20,000 nt of DNA, taken from the IMG/VR virus record IMGVR_UViG_3300025030_000088, positions 51,571 to 71,570 of that record. One strand, written 5' to 3'. Position numbers and translations under genes: made by a program. This document shows positions 8,168-16,059 of the stretch, in pieces. The notes under the pieces were generated by a model. The model did no database searches and had not been told where the DNA came from. It worked only from the letters and a program-made list of their open reading frames with translations. The DNA is from an uncultured virus (IMG/VR IMGVR_UViG_3300025030_000088). Lineage: Duplodnaviria > Heunggongvirae > Uroviricota > Caudoviricetes. The number at the start of each line of letters is the position of its first letter. The first letter of the stretch is position 1.

Positions 8168-8239
8168 CTTAATTGTGCTTGTATATTGCTTATAACAGCA
8201 GTAACAGGTAGAATTAAGATAATAAAGGGAGGCAACACA

Positions 8240-8476
8240 ATGAAAAATTTAACAATCCAAGATTTAATTGATATGTACGAGATCGAAGAAGGTTTACAAG
8301 TAGAATCAGAAGAATTAATAATGGAAGTTCATCCTTCAGAATATTATCTAGGAGGTGAAAAAGGAGGGTATACAACAGACGATAATAGATATTTTAGCAG
8401 TTTAGAATCAGCTATTCAGTATATTGTCAATAGTATGGGAGGTTTGGAAAAAATTATTAGGTATGAAGAAGCATAA
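8240..8476 (+). CDS. Acidic hypothetical protein, 78 aa
   Basis: SD AAAGGGAGG then ATG8240 (the 8186 start in the track is unlikely). Confidence 0.8.
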   Translation: MKNLTIQDLIDMYEIEEGLQVESEELIMEVHPSEYYLGGEKGGYTTDDNRYFSSLESAIQYIVNSMGGLEKIIRYEEA

Positions 8477-8558
8477 CAGATCATTTACAACGGTTTATGG
8501 AGGTATACCCGTTAAAAACCTCCTACCAGAAAATTAGATTTATGAGGAGGAATTTTTA

Positions 8559-8909
8559 ATGTTATATTACCATCACGAAAACAGGGAGGGTGATTTTACC
8601 CTCAGATGGATAGCCGAAATAGTCGGCCATGTTGACGGAATAGAAAGATGCTTTGAAGGGCCGTTTACTATCAGTATAACACCGACACTGTTAGTTTTTC
8701 GTGGTTATTCAAAATTCAACAAGAAGCATGTCGCTTATTGTGTTGAATTTAAAAAATGGAATAAACCTGAGAACTGGAAAGAAATTTCAAAAGACCATTT
8801 GTTAGTAGGAGAAATGCAGTTCGGGTGGATTCAAGGAGGCAATCCAGGTTCTAGTTCGTATATGGGCTTGTGGCAGAAACCAGGACAGTTTCCTCTTATG
8901 CACGTTTAG
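8559..8909 (+). CDS. Hypothetical protein, 116 aa
   Basis: SD GAGGAGG. Confidence 0.8.
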   Translation: MLYYHHENREGDFTLRWIAEIVGHVDGIERCFEGPFTISITPTLLVFRGYSKFNKKHVAYCVEFKKWNKPENWKEISKDHLLVGEMQFGWIQGGNPGSSSYMGLWQKPGQFPLMHV

Positions 8910-8988
8910 TTAGAGTTTTTAACCATATTCCTGCTTTGTCAGGGTGTTGGTGGGTATTAAAATATTATATAATAGGAGGAATTTATTA

Positions 8989-9411
8989 ATGAAAATGCAC
9001 GATGTACATATTAATAATTTTTACCCATACAAAGTTAATTGCCTGAGTTTTAACGGTTGTAATATTCATAATTGTAATATATTAAACATATCATCGTTAC
9101 ACGTTATTGGATTCGATAATAGTTATGTTTCTGGTTTCTTTTTCGTAAACCCAACAAAATCAGACTTAGAAGCAATTGAGAAACACTTACATGATCAGAT
9201 TAAAAGAATCTTTCCTAAGTTTATTTATAGAGATTCTTTTAATTATCGTATTGATGAACCATCTATATATAATATTAAAGTGAATGGTAAGTTAAGGAAA
9301 TTTAAAGCACCTTATTGTGAAAATGGTTGCAGACCATTTACTGCTGAAAAGATTAGTTTTTTTGCTAAAATATTAGATTTTATTCACGTCTATGATTGCG
9401 AACTATTATAA
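8989..9411 (+). CDS. Hypothetical protein, 140 aa
   Basis: SD AGGAGG then ATG8989 (the 8944 start in the track lies upstream of the SD). Confidence 0.75.
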   Translation: MKMHDVHINNFYPYKVNCLSFNGCNIHNCNILNISSLHVIGFDNSYVSGFFFVNPTKSDLEAIEKHLHDQIKRIFPKFIYRDSFNYRIDEPSIYNIKVNGKLRKFKAPYCENGCRPFTAEKISFFAKILDFIHVYDCELL

Positions 9412-9439
9412 ACCCTTGATAATCAAGGGTTTAATTTTG
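9409..9439 (+). terminator. Intrinsic terminator
   Basis: TAAACCCTTGA-TAA-TCAAGGGTTTA followed by ATTTT. Confidence 0.8.
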
Positions 9440-9506
9440 TCTATAACAGAACTATAATTTCCAAATTATTACCAAAATATAACATTGGAATCGATTAAGA
9501 TATAGC

Positions 9507-9535
9507 TTGACATTTATATTAATAATCTATATACT
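9507..9535 (+). promoter_or_regulatory. sigmaA-type promoter
   Basis: TTGACA-17-TATACT. Confidence 0.85.
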
Positions 9536-9577
9536 TGTATTTAATCAATCAAATACATATTAAAAGGGGTTAACCAA

Positions 9578-9781
9578 ATGGCAAATGAACATTGCAAGGA
9601 ATATCTAAAAGCATTCAGAAAAGCAGTAGGAGCGAAAAAGGACGAAAAAATTAACAAAAGATATAAAAGTATGTTCGGATGGTTAGCACCTGATGACAGG
9701 TATTATACAGGACATTGTGGCCATTGTGCAGAAGTTAAATATCTCAGTAGAATTTACGGAAATCAAGAAATTGATATTTAA
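9578..9781 (+). CDS. Basic hypothetical protein, 67 aa (HCGHC motif)
   Basis: SD AAAGGGGT; own promoter and terminator. Confidence 0.8.
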   Translation: MANEHCKEYLKAFRKAVGAKKDEKINKRYKSMFGWLAPDDRYYTGHCGHCAEVKYLSRIYGNQEIDI

Positions 9782-9807
9782 CCTTCTATTGTAAAGGTTT
9801 TATTTTT
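9780..9807 (+). terminator. Weak intrinsic terminator
   Basis: AACCTT…AAGGTT followed by TTATTTTT. Confidence 0.55.
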
Positions 9808-9836
9808 ATCAATAAATAAAAAGGAGGAGTATTATT

Positions 9837-9977
9837 ATGATTTGTATACATAGATATAAACCATTGGAAATTGTAGGAAATGAATTAATTTTAATTTGCA
9901 TTAAGTGTAAAAATATAGTATATAAGAAATTACCAGGATTTAATTATAGAATCTTAGATAATCAAATATATAATTAA
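9837..9977 (+). CDS. Small Cys/His zinc-ribbon-like protein, 46 aa (MICIHRYK…CIKC…)
   Basis: Not in ORF track; SD AAGGAGG; CxH…CxxC pattern. Confidence 0.65.
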   Translation: MICIHRYKPLEIVGNELILICIKCKNIVYKKLPGFNYRILDNQIYN

Positions 9978-9991
9978 AAGGAGCGAATAAA

Positions 9992-10405
9992 ATGTCATAT
10001 ACTAAAATAGTTAAACAATGGGAAAGAGAATCTAAAAGAAAGGATAAACAACAAGCAACCGAAAGAAAACGACAACAAGCAAGAACAGAACAATTTCAAG
10101 AAGCAATATACATAGCAAAGGGTAAACAGGAGAAACAAGAAAAGGCAGAGCAGGAGGAAAGGCAGCAAAGGATTAACAATATTAAGCAGGAAATATTTCT
10201 ATCCTTGCAAAAGAATAACCCTTTTAATTATCAGCAATTCCTAATAATTTATGATATTTTGTCCTATAACTTTAATCAGATTATATCAGACTTATATAAG
10301 AATAAAATAACCATAGCAGATATAAAGGCAGTTATTGAGTATATAGAAGAACACAGCAAAGAATTAATAAATGAATATTGGAAGGATAAACTGCAAGCAA
10401 TATAA
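9992..10405 (+). CDS. Hypothetical protein with charged coiled-coil N-half, 137 aa
   Basis: SD AAAGGAG; Q/E/K/R-rich N-terminal half. Confidence 0.8.
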   Translation: MSYTKIVKQWERESKRKDKQQATERKRQQARTEQFQEAIYIAKGKQEKQEKAEQEERQQRINNIKQEIFLSLQKNNPFNYQQFLIIYDILSYNFNQIISDLYKNKITIADIKAVIEYIEEHSKELINEYWKDKLQAI

Positions 10406-10429
10406 AGGCCACTGAGCCTTTTTATTTTT
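10404..10429 (+). terminator. Intrinsic terminator
   Basis: AAAGGC-CACTGA-GCCTTT followed by T-tract. Confidence 0.75.
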
Positions 10430-10443
10430 GCTTGAATTAACAC

Positions 10444-10473
10444 TTTACAAATATATTACTATTGTGTTATAAT
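10444..10473 (+). promoter_or_regulatory. sigmaA-type extended -10 promoter
   Basis: TTTACA-18-TATAAT with TGn. Confidence 0.75.
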
Positions 10474-10506
10474 AAATTAATAGATTATACAGGAGGTGCA
10501 GAGTAA

Positions 10507-10761
10507 ATGACCAAAAAGTTTTGGCAGGGTGGAGTCAATAAAATAATTGAAAAGATACTTAACGGCAAAAGAACTATTCAAGATGCTAAATTTTATATGG
10601 ATCATAAATTTGTTGGAGATAGTAGGGAAGCATTTAACCATAAAGCATATATAGCAACATCAGCAGATCAAACTGCTGAAACGACTGTATATAACATGTT
10701 AAATGATGCTATTAAATTGGGATATGGGAAAGATACAAATTTTGAAAGAGTGTTCCGGTAA
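10507..10761 (+). CDS. Hypothetical protein, 84 aa
   Basis: SD AGGAGGTG. Confidence 0.85.
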   Translation: MTKKFWQGGVNKIIEKILNGKRTIQDAKFYMDHKFVGDSREAFNHKAYIATSADQTAETTVYNMLNDAIKLGYGKDTNFERVFR

Positions 10762-10810
10762 CATTAGCAAACTGGTATATTGTCACGATATTTGAAGGAG
10801 GTTTTTATAA

Positions 10811-10998
10811 ATGTTTAAAACTGAAAAAGGTATTAATGTTTTTGGTAAAGAATTGACAATATTAAGAAAAACAAAAAAGCAGGAGAAAAAATTCTACTAA
10901 AAGAGGGATTTATTAACAAATATCATAATGATGCACTTGTAAAAGATGGTATTGTTGCATCCTATAGTAAATTGTGCGGATATTGGGTATTAGATTAA
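10811..10998 (+). pseudogene. Small gene split by -1 frameshift (~62 aa if restored)
   Basis: SD AAGGAGGT, ATG10811; frame 0 stops at 10900; -1 frame runs to TAA10998 next to the terminator; in-frame A_AAA_AAG at 10873-10879. Confidence 0.6.
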
Positions 10999-11001
10999 CA
11001 T

Positions 11002-11022
11002 GAGTCGAAAGGCTTTTCTTTT
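11002..11022 (+). terminator. Intrinsic terminator
   Basis: GAGTC-GAAA-GGCTT followed by TTCTTTT. Confidence 0.6.
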
Positions 11023-11040
11023 TATCTATGAAAATAACAC

Positions 11041-11069
11041 TTGACATTATTATATTTATAGTTTATTAT
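11041..11069 (+). promoter_or_regulatory. sigmaA-type promoter
   Basis: TTGACA-17-TATTAT. Confidence 0.75.
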
Positions 11070-11114
11070 AGTAAGTGTAGATAGTAAATACATATTTTTG
11101 AGGAGGGTTATAAA

Positions 11115-11371
11115 TTGAATAATAATATTTATTGGGGTTTAAGACCACAAGCAAAAGGCGAATATATAAATATTAATATTACTACAGGGATAATTAATTA
11201 TTGTATTGCTTCAGGTAAAAATATGTGTGGAGTGGTTTATAATATACCATCTAGTATTAAATTATCTGAGTATATAAAATCATATGGTAAATTGGAAAAA
11301 AGGATAAAAATACAATAGATAAATTTGCAAAGGAGTATCCAATAGAATTTAATAAATATATCAATATGTAA
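11115..11371 (+). pseudogene. Hypothetical gene, possibly frameshifted near the 3' end
   Basis: ORF 11115-11318 (SD GAGGAGG, TTG); adding one A in the A6 run 11296-11301 extends it to TAA11371 (…KKDKNTIDKFAKEYPIEFNKYINM). Confidence 0.5.
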
Positions 11372-11419
11372 AATAATTGAATAGATTAACGAATTTATAA
11401 TGATATAGGAGGCTACAAC

Positions 11420-11655
11420 ATGAATAATAATAAACTATTAAAGCTAAAAAATGATTTAGAACGTAAGAAAGATGATTTACAGGAATCACTCAGTAAATAC
11501 AAAAGGACGTTCTACAACTAATCGAAACAGCAGACGCAGAAAAAATAACAGATATTAACAGTTATACAAGTTATGGTAAGATGTTTGATACAGCTAAACA
11601 GATTGAAGAAATTAACGCAAAATTGAGAGTATGTAATTATTTGCTAGAAGATTAA
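11420..11655 (+). pseudogene. Helical hypothetical gene split by -1 frameshift (~78 aa restored)
   Basis: SD AGGAGG, ATG11420; frame 0 stops at 11521; -1 frame is open 11497-11655 and ends inside the terminator. Confidence 0.65.
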
Positions 11656-11683
11656 CAGGGGTTTTAATCCCTGTTTTTTCTTT
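11654..11683 (+). terminator. Intrinsic terminator
   Basis: AACAGGG…CCCTGTT followed by T-tract. Confidence 0.85.
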
Positions 11684-11692
11684 GTCTCCCTC

Positions 11693-11721
11693 TTGACAAC
11701 CTAAAAGAATAGTATTATAAT
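11693..11721 (+). promoter_or_regulatory. Perfect sigmaA consensus promoter
   Basis: TTGACA-17-TATAAT. Confidence 0.9.
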
Positions 11722-11757
11722 TATATTTAGCACCACACATTAAAGGAGGTCATATTA

Positions 11758-12096
11758 ATGCTTAACAACCGTGATTTTATAAGGGTATTAAATAAAGTTA
11801 AGGAACTGGAGCAGAAAAAGAAATTAATGTTTACTGATTACACTATAGCCGAATTAAAGGATTATGTCGAGAATACAAATTTATTGCTTGATTATATAGT
11901 AGTATTAGAGGAAGGATTAAAGCAGGATACAGTACAAAAGGGTTATTATTTTGCAGAGTATGACGAGAATTCATTATCTTATTGCGTATTCCATACAGAT
12001 TTAAATTCAGGTCGTGCATATAGTAGTTTTTCAATTATGCAAGAGGCCACAAGAGATGCACAGAAAAGAAATTATGAAAGAACAACAGGAGCCTAA
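11758..12096 (+). CDS. Hypothetical protein, 112 aa
   Basis: SD AAGGAGGT. Confidence 0.85.
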   Translation: MLNNRDFIRVLNKVKELEQKKKLMFTDYTIAELKDYVENTNLLLDYIVVLEEGLKQDTVQKGYYFAEYDENSLSYCVFHTDLNSGRAYSSFSIMQEATRDAQKRNYERTTGA

Positions 12097-12115
12097 AAAT
12101 TCCTGTTTTATTTTT
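12084..12115 (+). terminator. Intrinsic terminator overlapping stop codon
   Basis: AACAGGA…TCCTGTT followed by T-tract. Confidence 0.8.
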
Positions 12116-12125
12116 GTCTAAAGTA

Positions 12126-12154
12126 TTGCAATATTATTATTTTTATATTATAAT
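12126..12154 (+). promoter_or_regulatory. sigmaA-type promoter
   Basis: TTGCAA-17-TATAAT. Confidence 0.8.
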
Positions 12155-12202
12155 AGGTATTAAGCAGTACATAATAAATTAACTTAAAGGGAGTGCTGAA
12201 CA

Positions 12203-12544
12203 ATGTTATTAAGAGCTAATTTAAAAAACCTTAAGCAGTACAACAGGGAACTTTTAGGCAATGAATACACTGAGGCCAAAGAAAAAGAACTTATTAACAT
12301 TTGCACCAAGGATAATTATACAAACTACAAAGACGAACCAAGGGAGCATGAATCTTTTGCTATTCAACGATATATGGAAAAGATTGATAAAATTCTATGT
12401 ACCTTTGGTGTTGAATCAGGTTATCCAGAGATCCCCAGTTTGGAATATTGTAACACTGGAGAAATGTATAATACCACTATTTTACACTATAAAGGCAAGT
12501 TATATATTGGTAATGTTGGATCGATTATGGAAAAGCAGGGTTAA
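12203..12544 (+). CDS. Hypothetical phage protein, 113 aa
   Basis: SD AAAGGGAGTG; motif FGVE…LEYCNTGEMY.TTI. Confidence 0.85.
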   Translation: MLLRANLKNLKQYNRELLGNEYTEAKEKELINICTKDNYTNYKDEPREHESFAIQRYMEKIDKILCTFGVESGYPEIPSLEYCNTGEMYNTTILHYKGKLYIGNVGSIMEKQG

Positions 12545-12567
12545 AAATATACCTGCTTTTTCTTTTT
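12531..12567 (+). terminator. Intrinsic terminator overlapping stop codon
   Basis: AAAAGCAGG…CCTGCTTTT followed by T-tract. Confidence 0.8.
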
Positions 12568-12616
12568 GTCTGAGATATCCTTATTAAAAATTAATCAACA
12601 AAATACTAAAAAACAT

Positions 12617-12645
12617 TTGACATTATATTAACATTATGATAACAT
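12617..12645 (+). promoter_or_regulatory. sigmaA-type promoter
   Basis: TTGACA-17-TAACAT with TGn. Confidence 0.7.
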
Positions 12646-12696
12646 ATATCTAACCTTAACAACCTAAATCTTATTAATAATAAGGAGGGTCTTAAC

Positions 12697-13158
12697 ATGA
12701 CCAATCAACCAAAAGTAAGTTTAGAAAATTTGCAAGTAAAGGTACAGTCTATGCTTGACGGTGAGAAAAAACGCCGTGAAGTAGCAATCCAATTTACTAA
12801 TATTCTGCATAATATTTTAATTGACGTTGCTGAGGATATTTGGGGCAATGGTGAAAGTAATTATTTTGACAATACTGCCACAGTAAGAAATAAAGATAAA
12901 GACAATAAGAATAAACCAACTGATTTTTATTTCAGATATGAAAAGCATATTACAGAACGCAAAGACGAGGACACAGGATTTTATTATTCGATAGAATACC
13001 CATTATGGGGAACTACTATAGAAGATTTAAAAGGAGCAGATTTCTGGAACGCTATTAGATGCATTATTAACTGGGTTCCGGTGTTGGTGGAAATAATTGA
13101 TAACCGGAATAACAGCAGGGATCAGTTATTAAGTTTAGTAAATGTGGATCAACTATAA
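12697..13158 (+). CDS. Hypothetical protein, 153 aa
   Basis: SD AAGGAGG. Confidence 0.85.
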   Translation: MTNQPKVSLENLQVKVQSMLDGEKKRREVAIQFTNILHNILIDVAEDIWGNGESNYFDNTATVRNKDKDNKNKPTDFYFRYEKHITERKDEDTGFYYSIEYPLWGTTIEDLKGADFWNAIRCIINWVPVLVEIIDNRNNSRDQLLSLVNVDQL

Positions 13159-13179
13159 TATTATAGATGATATTTATGG

Positions 13180-13213
13180 TTAACTCTCAGAAATGGGAGT
13201 TAATTTTATTTTT
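13180..13213 (+). terminator. Intrinsic terminator
   Basis: TTAACTCTCA-GAAA-TGGGAGTTAA followed by T-tract. Confidence 0.8.
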
Positions 13214-13233
13214 GTTTTATGTGTTCTAAGGTA

Positions 13234-13262
13234 TTGACTTATTAACAAAATAGTATTATAAT
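13234..13262 (+). promoter_or_regulatory. sigmaA-type promoter
   Basis: TTGACT-17-TATAAT. Confidence 0.85.
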
Positions 13263-13315
13263 TATATGTAGGTAGAGGAAATACATAAAAATATTAAAAG
13301 GAGTGATTCTATATT

Positions 13316-13585
13316 ATGTTTAAAAATTTAATAACTGATGAAATGATCCAAGAATTTAACGAAATGCTAATTAAAGAAAACAGTATTTTGAGATTAGAGA
13401 AAGGAAAGGGAACTATGGGTAGTGTTGATATTATCCTTCAAAATGACCAATATATAAGTCATAATTCAATAGGAGGACTGACCAATAAATTTTATGATAA
13501 GCTGAATTCATTCTTTAGGCAAAAAGGAGTATGGGAATTAAATTATAACAATACTGCTACAAGTTTTTGGTGCTTTAGAGAATGA
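13316..13585 (+). CDS. Hypothetical protein, 89 aa
   Basis: SD AAAGGAGTG. Confidence 0.85.
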   Translation: MFKNLITDEMIQEFNEMLIKENSILRLEKGKGTMGSVDIILQNDQYISHNSIGGLTNKFYDKLNSFFRQKGVWELNYNNTATSFWCFRE

Positions 13586-13622
13586 GCCGGGGAATTATCC
13601 CGGTTTTTCTTTTTTTATTTTT
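13585..13622 (+). terminator. Intrinsic terminator
   Basis: GCCGGG…CCCGGT followed by a long T-tract. Confidence 0.85.
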
Positions 13623-13627
13623 ACCTA

Positions 13628-13657
13628 TTGACAATATAAATATAATTATAGTATAAT
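13628..13657 (+). promoter_or_regulatory. sigmaA-type promoter
   Basis: TTGACA-18-TATAAT. Confidence 0.75.
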
Positions 13658-13699
13658 ACAAATGAATCTTAAATTATAGAAAGGGGAAGGATATGTTTA

Positions 13700-14587
13700 A
13701 TGGCATTATCACCAGAGCAAAAAGCAATTAATTCAGAGAGGAGGAGAAAGGAAAGATATAATAACACTCATAAACTAATTAACGATATTGATCATAAATT
13801 TTGTAATAAGCATTATGAGTATTTTCCAGATGAAGACCCTTGGTTCACAGCCACATTAGAATATTTTTATAAGAATAAAAAGAATGGTATTGATGGCTTG
13901 AGTACAAGGTGCAAAGAATGTGAAAAGAAAATAGCATATAAACAATATATATTATATCCAGAAAGGCAAAGAGAAAGTCATAGAAAATATGAGAAATCAC
14001 CAAAATTTAAGATATATTCAAAAAGAAATAGAATTAATATGAAAGAATACAATAAACAATGGCGTAAAGATAATCCAGAAAAGAACAAAAAATACATAGA
14101 AAATCACCGTAACCATGATATATCAACTAAAGAATGGAATAACGTACAAAAGTATTTTAATAATAAATGTGCTTATTGTGGCAAAACATTAGAACAACAA
14201 TATAAACAAAATAATCATCAATTTCACAAGGAACATGTTGATCATGAAGGTTATAATGATGTTAGAAATTGTGTTCCTGCTTGCAGTCAGTGTAATAGTA
14301 CAAAATGTAAAAGAAATATTCAAGAATTATTTGAATCTAAAAATATACATAAATTTACACAACATAAATATAATAAAATTATGTTGTGGTGCAATGAAGA
14401 TTATAAACAATATATAGAAGAAAAACCACCTTATAAAATAACTAGAAAACAAAATGAAGATAAAAGAACATATTATTTTCAATTGTGGACAATGGATGAA
14501 AAGCGTAATATGTTAGAATGTATTGCCACAGGAGATAAAAAGAAAGATATTATGAATGATATAAAGAATGGTAAAATAATATTATGA
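13700..14587 (+). CDS. HNH endonuclease (phage homing-endonuclease-like) with N-terminal zinc-finger
   Basis: CAYCG…HKEHVDH.G.NDVRNCVPACSQCN.TK HNH core; N-terminal KFCNKH…EYFYKN…GLSTRCKEC. Confidence 0.88.
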   Translation: MALSPEQKAINSERRRKERYNNTHKLINDIDHKFCNKHYEYFPDEDPWFTATLEYFYKNKKNGIDGLSTRCKECEKKIAYKQYILYPERQRESHRKYEKSPKFKIYSKRNRINMKEYNKQWRKDNPEKNKKYIENHRNHDISTKEWNNVQKYFNNKCAYCGKTLEQQYKQNNHQFHKEHVDHEGYNDVRNCVPACSQCNSTKCKRNIQELFESKNIHKFTQHKYNKIMLWCNEDYKQYIEEKPPYKITRKQNEDKRTYYFQLWTMDEKRNMLECIATGDKKKDIMNDIKNGKIIL

Positions 14588-14590
14588 TTA

Positions 14591-14627
14591 TTAATATTGA
14601 GTAGGATAATATCCTACTCAATATTAA
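14591..14627. terminator. Perfect 17-bp inverted repeat (probable bidirectional terminator)
   Basis: TTAATATTGAGTAGGAT-AAT-ATCCTACTCAATATTAA directly after the HNH stop. Confidence 0.7.
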
Positions 14628-14684
14628 AGTTAGATCCAATGGAAAAATTGATCATAAGTTTATCAGAGTATCAAAATAATTTTC

Positions 14685-14713
14685 GTGACTTGTGAACAGA
14701 TTTATATTATAAT
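14685..14713 (+). promoter_or_regulatory. sigmaA-type promoter
   Basis: GTGACT-17-TATAAT. Confidence 0.65.
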
Positions 14714-14755
14714 TATACTTAATCAAATACATATAATAAACAGGAGGTATTTACT

Positions 14756-15070
14756 ATGATGATGAAAGAATGGCAATTATTCAATAAGGTTAGGCACATT
14801 ATGAAAAAGGTTGACCATCCTCTTATGACAGAAACATTTAATAAATTTTGGCTGGGTTTTATAAATTTAAAGGTTAAACCTGCTCAATTGAATCAATCAT
14901 TTACGGCTCAAGATTACATCAGAAAAGTATTACCAGATATTAAAAAACAAGCTGAATCTTGCCTTTATGCAGGATATAAACCAGGAAAGGGAACATCAAA
15001 ACAACAAGAAGTAGTAAATAATAATAGTGGTCATATGATGGAAATTTTATCAGTGTTAGAACAATATTAA
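14756..15070 (+). CDS. Hypothetical protein, ~104 aa
   Basis: SD AGGAGGT. Confidence 0.85.
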   Translation: MMMKEWQLFNKVRHIMKKVDHPLMTETFNKFWLGFINLKVKPAQLNQSFTAQDYIRKVLPDIKKQAESCLYAGYKPGKGTSKQQEVVNNNSGHMMEILSVLEQY

Positions 15071-15100
15071 ACAGGGTATTTATTACCTTGTTTTTCTTTT
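15069..15100 (+). terminator. Intrinsic terminator
   Basis: AAACAGGGTA…TACCTTGTTT followed by T-tract. Confidence 0.8.
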
Positions 15101-15160
15101 ATGTAAGAATGATAAAATAAAAAATAACTTAAAAATTCATGGATTTTTATTGTTTTGTTA

Positions 15161-15189
15161 TTGACATACTAATGGTGATCTGATAGAAT
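15161..15189 (+). promoter_or_regulatory. sigmaA-type promoter
   Basis: TTGACA-17-TAGAAT with TGn. Confidence 0.85.
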
Positions 15190-15250
15190 AAGAAGTGTCA
15201 AGAGGGAAGCAAATAGTAAGTAAAATACATAAATAAAAGGAGTGCTTTTA

Positions 15251-15512
15251 ATGACAGCTTATCAGAAATTTATAGAAAACCCTGATATTAAACCAGGAAA
15301 AATTGCTAGATTATGGGAATTAAAAGTTAATAAAAACATAGAAAATTTAACAGATTTTTTGCAGAGATTTCTTAAAACAAGTTGGTTTTATGTATACTGG
15401 ATACATGAAAGATGAAGATGGAGTAAATAAAGCCGTATTTAACAATAACTTTATGTGGGACGGTGCAATTCAGGACGGTGAAATAATAGTATTAAGAATA
15501 AAACAATTTTAA
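15251..15512 (+). pseudogene. Hypothetical gene split by +1 frameshift (~86 aa restored)
   Basis: SD AAAGGAGTG, ATG15251; stops at 15415; removing one T from T6 (15355-15360) gives an ORF to TAA15512 that abuts the next SD. Confidence 0.65.
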
Positions 15513-15525
15513 GGAGGTTGACACA

Positions 15526-15737
15526 TTGAAAGATAAATTTCATGTTCTGGATAGTTTATTAGACGGTTTTACTCACGACGATTTAATAACGGCAGCAATG
15601 AGCCGATTATTAACGAACAAACCATTAAGAAAGTATTTAATGAGTTGTTGCAAGCACAATTAGCAGATGCTAAAGCAGTATTAAAAGCTAATATACAAGA
15701 AGTTTTGAAAATTTGTAAAGAAAATAGGGAGGAATAA
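15526..15737 (+). pseudogene. Hypothetical gene split by frameshift
   Basis: SD AAGGAGGT, TTG15526; frame 0 stops at 15663; -1 frame (SNEPIINEQTIKKVFNELL…ENREE) ends at TAA15737, coupled to the next gene. Confidence 0.6.
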
Positions 15738-15739
15738 CA

Positions 15740-15964
15740 ATGATAAAAACCATCAAGCAACAACTTTCAGAATTAGGTATGAAAGAGGAAGAATTAGGAA
15801 ATTATTGCTCAGACTTGCATGTATTGAAAAATTCTATCTCAGAAAGTTTTGTTTCTGGTTATGAATTTAAACAGAACGTAAAACCTTTCAGAAGTGAATT
15901 AGACGGTAAAATTTGGTATGACATACCTTTTGCTTATACTGAGTATTATAAAAATAGGGGTTAA
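15740..15964 (+). CDS. Hypothetical phage protein, 74 aa
   Basis: SD GGGAGG; motif SDLHV…WYDIPFAY. Confidence 0.85.
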   Translation: MIKTIKQQLSELGMKEEELGNYCSDLHVLKNSISESFVSGYEFKQNVKPFRSELDGKIWYDIPFAYTEYYKNRG

Positions 15965-16059
15965 AATCCCCTCTAATGTGGCCTACAAGTAGTAAATTGT
16001 AGACGGTTGCAAGCCCGATAACACAGAGCAGAGGAATAAAAAAAGGAGTGGTTATCAAC

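Noticed and set aside
12261..14417. Alternate-frame + strand ORFs 12261-12587 and 14235-14417
   Set aside because: Nested in better-supported genes, no SD; the first runs through a terminator.
4299..15100. Integron attC sites: many genes end in TAAC followed by an inverted repeat ending in GTT
   Set aside because: The hairpins are only ~16-35 nt, are followed by T-tracts, lack L-boxes and the GTTRRRY core, and no IntI is in the window; they are better explained as intrinsic terminators overlapping stop codons.
15971..16028. tRNA gene
   Set aside because: Only ~55 nt with two arms; no full cloverleaf and no canonical TTCRA.
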